64,000 bases of DNA from Octopus bimaculoides (Eukaryota): the NCBI RefSeq assembly GCF_001194135.2, contig NC_068994.1, forward strand, positions 8,173,018-8,237,017. Direction: 5' to 3'. The notes beneath the pieces were generated by a model. It had not been told where the DNA came from. It searched no databases and was given only the letters and a program-made list of their open reading frames with translations. The position numbers were made by a program, and so were the translations under genes. Position 1 is the first letter of the stretch. Each line of letters begins with the position of its first letter. Positions 1 to 12,878 of this stretch are shown here, in pieces.

Positions 1-42
<42 letters not shown>

Positions 43-196
43 TAGCAATGGAAACAAAATAAATTGAATCAATAAATGATAAAATCAATCAAATTTTATT
101 ATTTCTATATACACAAATGACACATCCAGTTCATAACAATTTTCTTTATATAGGTAATAAACCAGTAATACCTTGGATATATAATATCCCTTAGGT

Positions 197-348
197 GGGT
201 TTCTTTCAGTTACCGTCAGCAAAATCCACTGACGAGTGCTTAGTCAGCCCAGGGTTATAGAAGACACACGCCCAAGGTGTCATGCAGCGGAACTGAACCC
301 AGAACCATGTGGCTGGGAAGCAAACTTCTTACTACACAGTTACGCCTA
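197..348 (-). mobile_element. tRNA-type SINE family A, diverged head fragment
   Basis: Reverse complement aligns with 11206-11370. Confidence 0.75.
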
Positions 349-956
349 ATTAAAATTTATTATGGAGAAATTTTGAACCTGTATTAGTATTGCTGACTGC
401 TAAGGATACGTCCAATATAACAATTTACCCGATTACCTCAATTTCAAGCGTCACTGAATCTTTTCTCATCATTTCTCATTCGGTTACACACATTGACATT
501 CCCCTTATTTTTGCATATATTGTTACCAGTTGTCTTATGAGAATACAATAGTGCAGACTGGGTTAAAATCCGAAAAGAAAAACCAAAAAATAGAAAAAAA
601 ATAATCAAACACAAATCATTTTTGACATTTAGAGCAATTATTTTGGAGAACAGATTTCATACGACCTCTGAAGAAAGAGACGTTTCGGATCTATTTTAAA
701 ACGGGGGCCACATTTTTCATTAATGTTTTACGTAGTGTTTTTGGTACGGAAAGACTTTCAAACTTCGTATACTTATCTATTTTGTGTTATAGAACAGAAA
801 AATATCTTTGTATTCGAATTTATTTCATGTAAAAAATTGTCTTATTTCGATAATTTCAACCAATCACTGACAAGTATTCAGTTGTTTACATTTACTCCTT
901 TGGCTGATTAAGCGATGTAAAGCGTATTTAATCTCCATACCTTCGTTTTATTTGCT

Positions 957-990
957 TTAACCCTAACCCTAACCGTAGGGTTAGGGTTAA
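957..990. repeat. Inverted telomere-like repeat hairpin
   Basis: TTAACCCTAACCCTA-ACCG-TAGGGTTAGGGTTAA: perfect 15-bp inverted repeat of CCCTAA/TTAGGG units. Confidence 0.9.
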
Positions 991-1983
991 TTGTTTCAGA
1001 ATCGTTTGTTTATGNNNNNNNNNNNNNNNNNNNNNNNNNNNNNNNNNNNNNNNNNNNNNNNNNNNNNNNNNNNNNNNNNNNNNNNNNNNNNNNNNNNNNN
1101 NNNNNNNNNNNNNNNNNNNNNNNNNNNNNNNNNNNNNNNNNNNNNNNNNNNNNNNNNNNNNNNNNNNNNNNNNNNNNNNNNNNNNNNNNNNNNNNNNNNN
1201 NNNNNNNNNNNNNNNNNNNNNNNNNNNNNNNNNNNNNNNNNNNNNNNNNNNNNNNNNNNNNNNNNNNNNNNNNNNNNNNNNNNNNNNNNNNNNNNNNNNN
1301 NNNNNNNNNNNNNNNNNNNNNNNNNNNNNNNNNNNNNNNNNNNNNNNNNNNNNNNNNNNNNNNNNNNNNNNNNNNNNNNNNNNNNNNNNNNNNNNNNNNN
1401 NNNNNNNNNNNNNNNNNNNNNNNNNNNNNNNNNNNNNNNNNNNNNNNNNNNNNNNNNNNNNNNNNNNNNNNNNNNNNNNNNNNNNNNNNNNNNNNNNNNN
1501 NNNNNNNNNNNNNNNNNNNNNNNNNNNNNNNNNNNNNNNNNNNNNNNNNNNNNNNNNNNNNNNNNNNNNNNNNNNNNNNNNNNNNNNNNNNNNNNNNNNN
1601 NNNNNNNNNNNNNNNNNNNNNNNNNNNNNNNNNNNNNNNNNNNNNNNNNNNNNNNNNNNNNNNNNNNNNNNNNNNNNNNNNNNNNNNNNNNNNNNNNNNN
1701 NNNNNNNNNNNNNNNNNNNNNNNNNNNNNNNNNNNNNNNNNNNNNNNNNNNNNNNNNNNNNNNNNNNNNNNNNNNNNNNNNNNNNNNNNNNNNNNNNNNN
1801 NNNNNNNNNNNNNNNNNNNNNNNNNNNNNNNNNNNNNNNNNNNNNNNNNNNNNNNNNNNNNNNNNNNNNNAACATACAAAAAATAAACACAAAGAAAACA
1901 TCACACATTCAGTCTTTGCGAAGTCAACATTTCCAATGTAACATACACAAACTATCACGATTATATATATATAATACATATAC

Positions 1984-2028
<45 letters not shown>

Positions 2029-2492
2029 CATTATATATATATACATTATATATATCATATAATGCATATACATTGTATATAACATTTTATATATATGTAT
2101 ATATATATAAGCAGTAAAATTTTTAAAACAAAACTTGATGTTTATATTTTTATTGTTTTCACATAGAAAAACAAAAAACAAATGGCTAATAATAACTATA
2201 TATATGTGAACATGTATATATACATATATACAAACATATATATGTACGTATACATATATACATATGTATGTATTTATGCATACATACATATTGTACATAT
2301 ATTGTACAGGCAGAAACAACAGTTACGAGTACATAAATATACCTCTGTAGCTTTTTTTTTAATCATTTGTCATAAATGTATATAAATATTTGGGTTTTCT
2401 TCTTGCATTTGCTACTAATCTAAGTGAAGAAAAGCAAAATATACAGTTTAACAAGATATTGCTATTTCAACTTCTGCTTTATATACACAAAC

Positions 2493-2525
<33 letters not shown>

Positions 2526-2697
2526 TTGCATACATGTGTGTGTGTGTGTATGCGTGTATTTCCATAACAGCTAATCTCAAATTACACACACATACTCATA
2601 CACACATATACATACCTACGTATATAAGAATCCTACATAAGTTGGATGCATATATATATATATATATGCCAACGAGCGCGCGCATATACACACACTT

Positions 2698-2731
<34 letters not shown>

Positions 2732-3837
2732 CATTGCCAATAGATTGCTACCTCAGTGCACATATGTGAGCGTGTGTATAATAAACAATTTTGAGGGAGA
2801 GGGGTAATTTTGGTATAAATTATTTATAGCATTACTTTTATTTTGACATCACCTACACTTTCATATTAACATTATATATATATATATATATAGAATGTAC
2901 GTACGTATATAAATGTGTGTGTGTATATATGTATATATGTAACGTATACACACATATATTGTTATTGTTTGTTCATTAAATATGTTAACACCGAATTGTT
3001 TTCTTGGTACTTCATTAATTTAAATATTAAAAAAAAAAAAAAAATACTAAAGAAATCATTTGTGTGGCTTTTTAATTATTTCAGGTTTTTTTTTTTTTTT
3101 TTTTTTTNNNNNNNNNNNNNNNNNNNNNNNNNNNNNNNNNNNNNNNNNNNNNNNNNNNNNNNNNNNNNNNNNNNNNNNNNNNNNNNNNNNNNNNNTTTAG
3201 CACATGATAAAATTCCACTTTGCTTGTGTTTGCCTGTGTTAGCATTATTCCATGCCAGCAAGTATAACATTTTACTTTCGCATTTAGTTTTTTCCGTTGC
3301 TTTTTTTTTTGTTATTTTAAATTTCATTCTAAATTTTGGACTTTTTGCGTTGTTATTATTCTATTTATATTTTTTTACACATATTTTCTTTTTTTTTTGT
3401 TTCGTTTTATTCAATTCCATTTAAATTCCGACATTATTCATTCATCTTTGAGTGGATCGCGACATGTGGTTAACATTATTATTATTATTATTCCTAAAAG
3501 GTACAGAAGTCAAAATTCTTTTGGCAGAAAAAAATGGGTAATAGCCGAATTTCTTTTACTTGTTTTTAGAATAATACGTGTTTTAATAAATAAGTTGCTT
3601 TATAACCGAGTCATATCCTTGTTACTATCCTTATTAACATTCTTTTAGATTGCGGTTGATGTTGATATAAAGGAAGCTGTTCGGTATTTGTAGTTTTCTT
3701 ACATATATACAATGGCTAATCGATTTGGCATAATATCGAATAATATTTCGAAAAGAATGAATATCAGATGTCCCTCATTTAAAGGGGCAAACAATTAATA
3801 TATTTTACAGAAAAAAATAAATAATAATAATAATAGT

Positions 3838-3995
3838 AATCCTTTCTACTGTTGGCACAAGGCCTGAAATTTTTGGGAAAGGAGGATAGTCGAATACATC
3901 GACCCCGGTGCGCAAGGACTCCGAAATGATGACAAGCCAAGTCTTCCTCGGAGGGATAAAAGTCAAAGTTGCCCTCGGTGGGATTTGAACTCAAA
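3838..3995 (-). mobile_element. SINE family B, diverged fragment
   Basis: CCTTTCTACT..GGCACAAGGCCTGAAATTT..TACATCGACCCC..ATTTGAACTCA. Confidence 0.7.
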
Positions 3996-4302
3996 TAATA
4001 ATAGTAGTAGTAGTAGTAGTAGTAATGATAATAATAATAATGGTGCTTTACTTTTGAAAAGTTTCTCCTGCAATATTTCGAATAGAGATAAAATTATTAA
4101 AAAATATACTTGGAGATGGTATCTTTATTTGTAATAACCATTACATATAACGATCGAAATATTGATTTTTTTTTTTTTTGTTTTCTTTCAGACCTCCATA
4201 TGGAATTAGGTCATTACCAAAACTTGGGACTTGGGAGACGGAAACAACAAAAGCTATCCCTTCATATTTGCTTACAGAGAGGAGAAAACGCACAAGCAAG
4301 TG

Positions 4303-4342
<40 letters not shown>

Positions 4343-5332
4343 CCTGTGTATATATAATGTTTCAGAGAAAGAGTGATAGAGGCATCATCTCCCGGAACAG
4401 TGTAAATCCTATAGTGATTAGAGGGGGAAAAGTCTGCAATGAACGCATTTTAAAAACTTTTCTGGATCATGCACAAATATGGTAAAGATATATTTATTTA
4501 AATAATTATTTTTAATTGGTTAAAACTACGTGAATTTTGCGCCAGGCTGTTTATTAGCTGAGACATGCATTGACGAACACACATGATACATGTATACAAT
4601 AATTTTTTTTTTTGCATATAAAAATGGCCTCCTACAGTATTAAGAAATACACTGTTCAAAAATATATCGATAATTTAATAAATAAATTATGATTTCATAT
4701 ATATATATATGCACACATTCATATATATATATATCATTATGTGTATATATATATATATATATACATAAATATATAATCATTATTATTATATATATATGTA
4801 CATAATCCTTTATATATGTAAAAGCAAAGGGGCATCTAATTGTATATATGTGTGCGCGCGCGTGTGTATATCTGTACATATCAATCAAATTTACGTATGC
4901 TTGAAGTAGTTCTCAATACTTGAGACTGTTCTGTACGTATCTGCCTATGTTTAAATACAATACACGCATACATACACTTAATGGTGTGAACACATGCACG
5001 CACACACACACACACACATATACCTACATACAGATCTATATCCTGCCATGTATGTAACTTCAATAACAACAATATCAATAATCATTATTATAATAAATTC
5101 TAGCTTTTAAAGAATATGAATTGACAAGAATTTTTTTTTTTAAAGTGATAATTATAAATATTCAAATGATAGACCCATTTTATAAAACAATATAAATGCG
5201 AAAGGGAGGTACAATATAAAGATTGGAAAATCAGAGGAATTATAACGACCAGATAAAATATTGATCTGTATCAGTAAAATATTACTGGAATATAAATGTA
5301 ACAGGCTTCGTTCGTAGAGTCAAATAACTCGC

Positions 5333-5376
<44 letters not shown>

Positions 5377-5926
5377 TTTTCATAAGGGAAAAGTTGGCAG
5401 TTAGATCCAAGTTTCAACTTAATAGATAATATAATGCAGGCTACGTCGTCGAAACTTTGAAACAACTGTAAACTTTTAGCTTGTGAAACATAAGGTAAAT
5501 ACGTTTTGGAGCTGAAAGATATTGAGTGACCCTTGAATTTAACGTTTGACTGCACACATACGCACAACCATACATAGTATTATCATTACTGATGTAAAAC
5601 TATATTAATGTCACATTGTAGCCTTACCAGTTGATTTCGTATCAAAGATGGAGATATAATTCAGCAAACATCAGCCGTTTCTGATGATTGATGGAGTGTG
5701 TTCTCCAACTCTGATATGAAATCACTTGTTTCTTTGGCTATTATGTGACTATAATATATTATTTAATTAATAATAATAATAATAACAACAATACATACGC
5801 ATATATATATATGCATATATATATATATAAAGTAACAGACAAAACACGTACACTGGCACATAGCATGCATACTTTATATATATATATAGTGTGTGTGTGT
5901 GATTGTGAATTAAAAACTCAGTGCAA

Positions 5927-5971
<45 letters not shown>

Positions 5972-6407
5972 TTTATACTTGAAATTTTTGCCCCAAAATG
6001 TTCCTGAAAAGAATTTGGTTCACCTTGGAACTGTTCCGGTTTCGAAACACTCTGAAAATCTTTACTCTCCCTCCTTCCTTGTCTGTTCGTTCAGCTGTTT
6101 CACTCTGCTTTTTTGCCATCACTCACTCACACTCTCTCTCTCTGTCTTCTCCTCACCCCGCGACTCTTTCTCTTTCCAAATCTGGTGCTTTCTTGTATTC
6201 CTTGTCTCCTCATGGGATGCTTTGCACTATTTTTCCGTTTGAATAGTTCATCATGTCTTTGTTGTGTGTATATACGTACATACATACATGCATATATATG
6301 CATATTTATATACATTATATATACACAGATATATATAAACACACACACATTGCGTATTTATACAAATAGATATATAAACGTATATGGTCTATATATATAT
6401 ACACACA

Positions 6408-6448
<41 letters not shown>

Positions 6449-6503
6449 GTATGCGTTTTAAGATCTTGTATCTCAGGTATTTGCCTCCTACGTCTATCAC
6501 AAA

Positions 6504-6836
6504 TCAATCGCCTGCATAGTTGATCATGCCGCTAGTAGCAGACGTGTCCGACTTCACATCACATATGTCGTACCAATGGTTGTACCATTTGCCCTCATAA
6601 CGAATCGTATTCTTTCGTGGACTTTGTCGCCGGCTGAAGTTACTGTTTCTCCACACGTTCTCGCCTTTTAGAAAATACATTGATTGCTTCTTGTATGAAT
6701 AGTAAACGGCATCAAGATTACCCTCAAGGGGACGTTCACCTTTTGCAGCTGGAAATTCATCAGTAATTTTGCTAATTCTCTCGCAACAGCCGGTCTTCGA
6801 AGGAGCACCTTCTCCTCGTGGATTGTAAACATAGAC
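6504..6836 (-). CDS. MMP21: MMP21-like terminal coding exon (absent from the ORF track)
   Basis: Acceptor ttttctctcattcctag|GTC, phase 0; 110 codons then TGA at 6506-6504. Reads VYVYNPRGEGAPSKTGCCERISKITDEFPAAKGERPLEGNLDAVYYSYKKQSMYFLKGENVWRNSNFSRRQSPRKNTIRYEGKWYNHWYDICDVKSDTSATSGMINYAGD*. LDAVYYSY..MYFLKG and WYDICD match the MMP21 C-terminus. Confidence 0.93.
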   Translation of the reverse strand, partial: VYVYNPRGEGAPSKTGCCERISKITDEFPAAKGERPLEGNLDAVYYSYKKQSMYFLKGENVWRNSNFSRRQSPRKNTIRYEGKWYNHWYDICDVKSDTSATSGMINYAGD

Positions 6837-6926
6837 CTAGGAATGAGAGAAAACAAAGCATAATATTATTTTCTACACATATACAGAATACTAACAATAA
6901 CAGCAATTTTGATAATAATAATAATG

Positions 6927-7311
6927 ATCCTTTCTACTAAAGGCACAAAGCCTGAATTTGGTGGGAGGAGGCTAGTTGACTACATCGACCCCCCAGAGTT
7001 CAACTGGTACTTATTTTATCGACCCCGAAAGAATAAAAGGCAAAATCGACCTCGGCGTAATTTGAACTCTGAACGTAAAGACGAACGAAATGCTGCTAAG
7101 CATTTTGTCCGGCGCGCTAACGATTCTGCTAGCTCGCTGCCTTTTAATAACAGTAATCCTTTCTGTTATAGGCAAAAGGCCTGACATTTCGGGGGAAGAG
7201 AGGGTCGATTACACTGACCTCAGTACTCAACTGGTACTTAATTTATCGACCCCGAAAGGATGAAAGGCGAAGTAAACCTCGGCGGAATTTGAACTCAAAA
7301 CATAAAGACGG
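6927..7311 (-). mobile_element. Two tandem family B SINEs
   Basis: Repeated block ATCGACCCCGAAAGGATGAAAGGC..CTCGGCGGAATTTGAACTC; the second copy runs into a gap. Confidence 0.85.
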
Positions 7312-9111
7312 NNNNNNNNNNNNNNNNNNNNNNNNNNNNNNNNNNNNNNNNNNNNNNNNNNNNNNNNNNNNNNNNNNNNNNNNNNNNNNNNNNNNNNNNN
7401 NNNNNNNNNNNNNNNNNNNNNNNNNNNNNNNNNNNNNNNNNNNNNNNNNNNNNNNNNNNNNNNNNNNNNNNNNNNNNNNNNNNNNNNNNNNNNNNNNNNN
7501 NNNNNNNNNNNNNNNNNNNNNNNNNNNNNNNNNNNNNNNNNNNNNNNNNNNNNNNNNNNNNNNNNNNNNNNNNNNNNNNNNNNNNNNNNNNNNNNNNNNN
7601 NNNNNNNNNNNNNNNNNNNNNNNNNNNNNNNNNNNNNNNNNNNNNNNNNNNNNNNNNNNNNNNNNNNNNNNNNNNNNNNNNNNNNNNNNNNNNNNNNNNN
7701 NNNNNNNNNNNNNNNNNNNNNNNNNNNNNNNNNNNNNNNNNNNNNNNNNNNNNNNNNNNNNNNNNNNNNNNNNNNNNNNNNNNNNNNNNNNNNNNNNNNN
7801 NNNNNNNNNNNNNNNNNNNNNNNNNNNNNNNNNNNNNNNNNNNNNNNNNNNNNNNNNNNNNNNNNNNNNNNNNNNNNNNNNNNNNNNNNNNNNNNNNNNN
7901 NNNNNNNNNNNNNNNNNNNNNNNNNNNNNNNNNNNNNNNNNNNNNNNNNNNNNNNNNNNNNNNNNNNNNNNNNNNNNNNNNNNNNNNNNNNNNNNNNNNN
8001 NNNNNNNNNNNNNNNNNNNNNNNNNNNNNNNNNNNNNNNNNNNNNNNNNCATTTGTTCCGATGCTCGAGATTCTGAGTTCCAATCTCGTAGAAGTCAACA
8101 CTACCTTTTATACTTCTGGGGTCGATGAAATAAAGAACAAATGTTGACGTGGATAGCATCGACTAGTTTTCTTCCTCTCTCTCTTTTTCTTTTTTCACCT
8201 ACAGAAACCATTTAACCATTGCCTGGGATGACATTTACGAGAATTAAACCCTTTCGCTATTATTTTCTAGATATACCAAGAATCAACCTACAGCCAATAT
8301 AGTTAGAACACCGCTTCACGTTTCGCCTTGTTGAATTACAAACTTGAAATCGGCTTTCTCCAAACACTAAGACCTAAAGGAATTTTCTATTTAACTCTAC
8401 CAAAATTATACAAATAGTCACTGTCTGTCTGCCTCTCTTTCTCTCTCATATATATATATGTGTGTATATGTATATCTGTGTCCATCTCGCTGCCTATCAA
8501 TGCTGTGCTTTGAGTTTATCAAAGGATCCCGTCGAACTGTAACATCAGATGTTAGATGAAGACGTAGTTAAGGGCAGAGAATTGAAGGTCGTCGAGGAGA
8601 GCGGGGCTGGTTGTGGTTGACACTATTTTTAACACAATGGTCTCAAGCAAAAGAAAAACACACACACACGCACGAACAAGCAAAAAGAAGCAGAAAACAC
8701 AAAAAATTACTATTTAGAAATTTCAAATGAATGCCCTGAGAGAATAGTCTACACTCTCAAAGAATGCCTTGAATACGATACGCTATTTACTGTTGTAACG
8801 ACGTCTATTAAATTTCTTACATAGCCTCCCCTGTGGTAGATGGTGGTTAAAAACGAATAACAACAATGGAAATAACCCGAATTTTACATAATCTAAGAAA
8901 TATTTATGCATATATAAATATATATATATACTCACATACGTACACTCGTGCGCATAAACTTTCCCCCTGCATACAGATATGCATACTTACACACACACAC
9001 ACACACGTTTTTTAGGAGCTATATATATATATATATATATGCTATTAAGTGTACACATTCATAAATATATATGCATCTACGTATACATATATATGTATAT
9101 ATATATACACT

Positions 9112-9511
9112 CTTTACTCTTTTATTTGTTTCAGTCATTTGACTGTGGCCATGCTGGAGCACCACCTTTAGTCGAGCAAATCGACCCCAGGACTTATTCT
9201 TTGTAAGCCTAGTACTTATTCTATCAGTCTCTTTTTGCCGAACCGCTAAGTTACGGGGAGGTAAGCACACCACCATCAGTTGTCAAGCGATGGTGGGGGG
9301 GGGGGACAAACACAGACACACACATATATATATATATACAATATATACGACGGGCTTCTTTCAGTTTCCGTCTCCCAAATCCACTCACAAGGCTTTGGTC
9401 GGCCCGAGGCTATAGTAGAAGACACTTGCCCAAGGTGCCACGCAGTGGGACTGAACCCGGAACCATGTGGCTGGTAAGCAAGCTACTTACCACACAGCCA
9501 CTCTTGCGCCT
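9112..9511 (-). mobile_element. tRNA-type SINE family A, full length, in an MMP21 intron
   Basis: Head GGCGCA..GTGGCTGTGTGGTAAG (A-box-like) and GGTTCAGTCCC (B-box-like), internal (TA/CA)n tract, tail ending GAAAC..TAAAAGAGTAAAG; multiple copies in the window. Confidence 0.9.
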
Positions 9512-9839
9512 ACACACAACCTCTCCTGTATGTATATAATTTTGGACTAATGCCTGTGGTGCTACTGGAAATAGCTGTACGAAATGGATGCTGTGTAGCG
9601 TTGGAGATGCTGGGTGGTGAGGGATATCCGAAAGGAAGTTGACTGCCATGAAAAGTTTCACAAACACGAACCGTGGTTTGAGATATTTCGGGGGTTTTAA
9701 AGTGAAAAAGAACAAGACAAAACAAAGATCAGAAGTAAAAGCAGGAATGTAAATAGAACAACGCGGTTTCCATTTACCATTTGAGTTTAAGGTAATGACG
9801 GCTTTAACTACTACTTCTACGACTATTACAACAATAATA

Positions 9840-10513
9840 ATGGTCCTTTCTGGTCCTTTCTAATAAAAGCACAAGGCCTAAAATTGTGTGTGTGTGGGGG
9901 GGGGGTCTAGTCGATTACATCGACCCAGCATTTCACTGGTACTTAATTTATCGACTCCGAAAGGATGAAAGGCAAAGTCGACCTCAGCGGAGCGGAATTT
10001 GAACTCAGAACGTAAAGACAGGTGAAATGCCGCTAAGCATTTTGCCTCCTGCGCTAACGATTCTACCAGCTCGCCGTCTTAACAATAATAATAATAATCC
10101 TTTCTACTTATAGGTACAAGATCTGGATTTTTGTAGCGAAGAGGACAATCAATCACATCGATCCCAGCACTTGATTGGTACTTAATTTACCGTAAGTAGA
10201 CCTCGGCGGAATTTGAACTCAGAACCTAACGACAGACGAAATATCGCTAAGTATTTCGCCCGGCGTGCTAACGTTTCTTATTTCTTTATTACTCACAAGG
10301 GGCTAAGCATAGAGGGGACAAACAAGAACAGACAAAGGGGTTAAGTCGATTACATCGACCCCAGTGCGTAACTGGTACTTAATTTATCGACCCCCGAAAG
10401 GATGAAAGGCAAAGTCGATCTCGGCGGAATTTGAACTCAGAACGTAACGGCAGATAAAATACCGCTAAGCGTTTTGCTCGGCGTACTAACGTTTCTGCCA
10501 GGTCTCCGCCTTA
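9840..10513 (-). mobile_element. Three tandem family B SINEs
   Basis: Copies at about 9840-10081, 10098-10280 and 10280-10513; the first two are separated by (AAT)n. Confidence 0.88.
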
Positions 10514-10638
10514 ACAATGATAATAATAATAATGGTGCAAAGGATTATAGCAGGAGCTGCAGTAGTCATAGTTATGCTGCTGTTGCTACTACTAATGGTT
10601 GTAGAGAATGAAGTATAAATGGTTTTGATGATATTTAC

Positions 10639-10814
10639 CATGTCACCTTTAAAGAAATATATGTTGCTGTCTCTCATGTCAAAAAAGACACTGTCCACGT
10701 TGTTTGGTATACGGTCAGTGCCATTTGGTTTAGGACCAAAACCTTCTGAGATTTTCTTTGGCCAACCGTCAAGAACTTTAGCCTCCATGCTTTCGTACAT
10801 ATAATAGTGTTCAC
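10639..10814 (-). CDS. MMP21: MMP21-like exon: hemopexin repeat
   Basis: Acceptor ttctgtcttttcag|GT, donor ATG|gtaaat; 176 nt, phase 1/0. Reads GEHYYMYESMEAKVLDGWPKKISEGFGPKPNGTDRIPNNVDSVFFDMRDSNIYFFKGDM. Confidence 0.93.
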
Positions 10815-11205
10815 CTGAAAAGACAGAAATGATGAGCCAATTAATTGAAACATCGTGGTACCACAAAACTGGTTTATACAATATTAAGCTATTAAGAGAC
10901 TAAGCCTTCGAGAAGACTCTATTGTAACTGCAGCTCGTTTAATAAGATGTCATAAAATATCTGAAGTTTATTTGAACTTATGAATCACCTGTTGGTAGTT
11001 CAATGTTTTGGTTGCTCCTTTTGACGAGTCTATAATCATAATATAACTCCTATCCACCAAGCCTTTTACTTTTATATTTCTTCTCTCTTGTAGTGGCTTC
11101 AATTATGTTTGACAGAAGTTTTTCCTCTCTTGAGTGACGGCCTTCATGTAAGTAATCACAAGAAAGCGTATAAAGAATTCGCAAACCTAACAAGAACTCA
11201 AAAAT

Positions 11206-11367
11206 CGCGCAGGAGTGGCTGTGCGGTAAGTAGCTTGGTTACCAACCACATGGTTCCGGGTTCAATCCCACTGCGTGGCATCTTGGGCAAGTGTCTTCTA
11301 CTATAGCCTCGGGCCGACCAAAGCCTTGTGAGTGGATTTGGTAGACGGAAACAGAAAGAAGCCCATC

Positions 11368-11429
<62 letters not shown>

Positions 11430-11629
11430 AAGAATGTGTGTGTGTATGTGTTTGTCCCCCAACATCGCTTGACAACTGATGCTGGTGTGTTTACGTGCCC
11501 GTAACTTAGCGGTTCAGCAAAAGAGACCGATAGAATAAGTACTAGGCTTCTAAAGAATAAGTCCTGGGGTCGATTTGCTCGACTAAAGTCGGTGCCTCAG
11601 TCAAATGACTGAAACAAGTTAAAGAGTAA
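11206..11629 (+). mobile_element. tRNA-type SINE family A, full length, in an MMP21 intron
   Basis: Highly similar to the reverse complement of 9112-9511 and 49291-49680. Confidence 0.9.
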
Positions 11630-12152
11630 CAGTACAAAATGTGGCGTTTTGTCTGTAATATGTTCTTAATTTATATAACTGTTTTATCAGCTCGTCTACC
11701 GGTTTCCTTTATTTTACTGTTATTGTTATGTCTGCATAACAGATATGCTGGGCTTTGATATACATATATACCGTTGTGAATATAAAGGACGAACAAGCGA
11801 ATAAAAGGGCCACATTTTGTCTCGGGTTTATGCGGCTAAGATGAAGTCATACTTGGCTTCAAATAGGTAGCTTGGGTAAGCGAATTAATTGCTGTAGGCA
11901 GAGGAAATATATCATTATACTTTCCGACGTTTCCATTAGCCTGATGTACTGAAATTGCCGTATACGCTTTGAAAAAGAGAGTAAAAGACGGAATGGAGGG
12001 CCAAGTTCCGAACATGTTTGATTATAGATCTACTTGATCAAAGAAGACTTGTGGTCAAACATCAACGAGGTGCTTGCGTCATCCTATTATATGTTTAGCT
12101 AAGTGACTGTAGTAAGTTACCTTTCTTACCGGTCACTTTAATTAATACATAC

Positions 12153-12407
12153 CTTTAAAGAAATAGGTGACGTCCACAATTCCGGGATGGTTGTAGAACC
12201 AGATGTGTACATATGCATCAATATCGCTTGGCACACCTTTCCACTCACGTGAAATAATGAGCGGATCCCCGTATCGTGTTCGATTTGCATGATTCTCGTA
12301 CATCCAGTAACGGTTACCTCTGAAGAAGTAGGTATTGAAAATAAATCGATTATCTGGTCGTCTCCGAACCCAATCAAACACTGTATTGAAGGCACCTCTA
12401 CAAACAC
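12153..12407 (-). CDS. MMP21: MMP21-like exon: start of the hemopexin domain
   Basis: Acceptor tttttttgcag|GT, donor AAAG|gtatgt; 255 nt, phase 1/1. Reads GVCRGAFNTVFDWVRRRPDNRFIFNTYFFRGNRYWMYENHANRTRYGDPLIISREWKGVPSDIDAYVHIWFYNHPGIVDVTYFFKG. The YEN..NRTRYGDP and IDA.VHIW segments are MMP21-typical. Confidence 0.95.
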
Positions 12408-12878
12408 CTGCAAAAAAAAGAATCAAGCAAAAATAAGATAATGTTTTGTTTTTCGTTATTAGTCAAAATTTCTCCTTTGCATCTGTTTTTTTTCTTTAAA
12501 TTTCATTCTATTTTGTTACTTTTTTATTAACGATGAAGGATTCAAAGAAGGAAGCTGCTTTATCTCCCTTGCAAATACGCTGATAATACACAATTGATTT
12601 TTTTTACTCAAATAAAACCTTTGGATTTATGGGTTAGATATGACAAATGAGAAATCATGTAACAAGTTCTATGTTAAACCTTATATATAATATATAGCCT
12701 CCGATTTTTCTATCAAAAGGGCTTTTACCTAATATTTATGCGCTATTTTTTTTAAAGCTTTGCCTGCGTTGAGTATCACTGTTCAAGGAAAAAAAAAATA
12801 TTTCGTGCTCGTTCGAAGTTTCTAAATCCCTACTACTACAACAAATAAAGTGCTGTAAAATAAGATAAAAGAACGTAC

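Noticed and set aside
668-690. CTGAAGA next to GACGTTTC as a hammerhead
   Set aside because: The two core halves are on opposite strands and no stems form.
5681-5735. CTGATGA...TGGAG/CTCCA...GAAA
   Set aside because: 10 unpaired nt between the stem and GAAA; no stem I.
9410-9725. Two minus-strand ORFs inside the last MMP21 intron
   Set aside because: No hemopexin similarity; one runs into a SINE; flanking exon phases already match without them.
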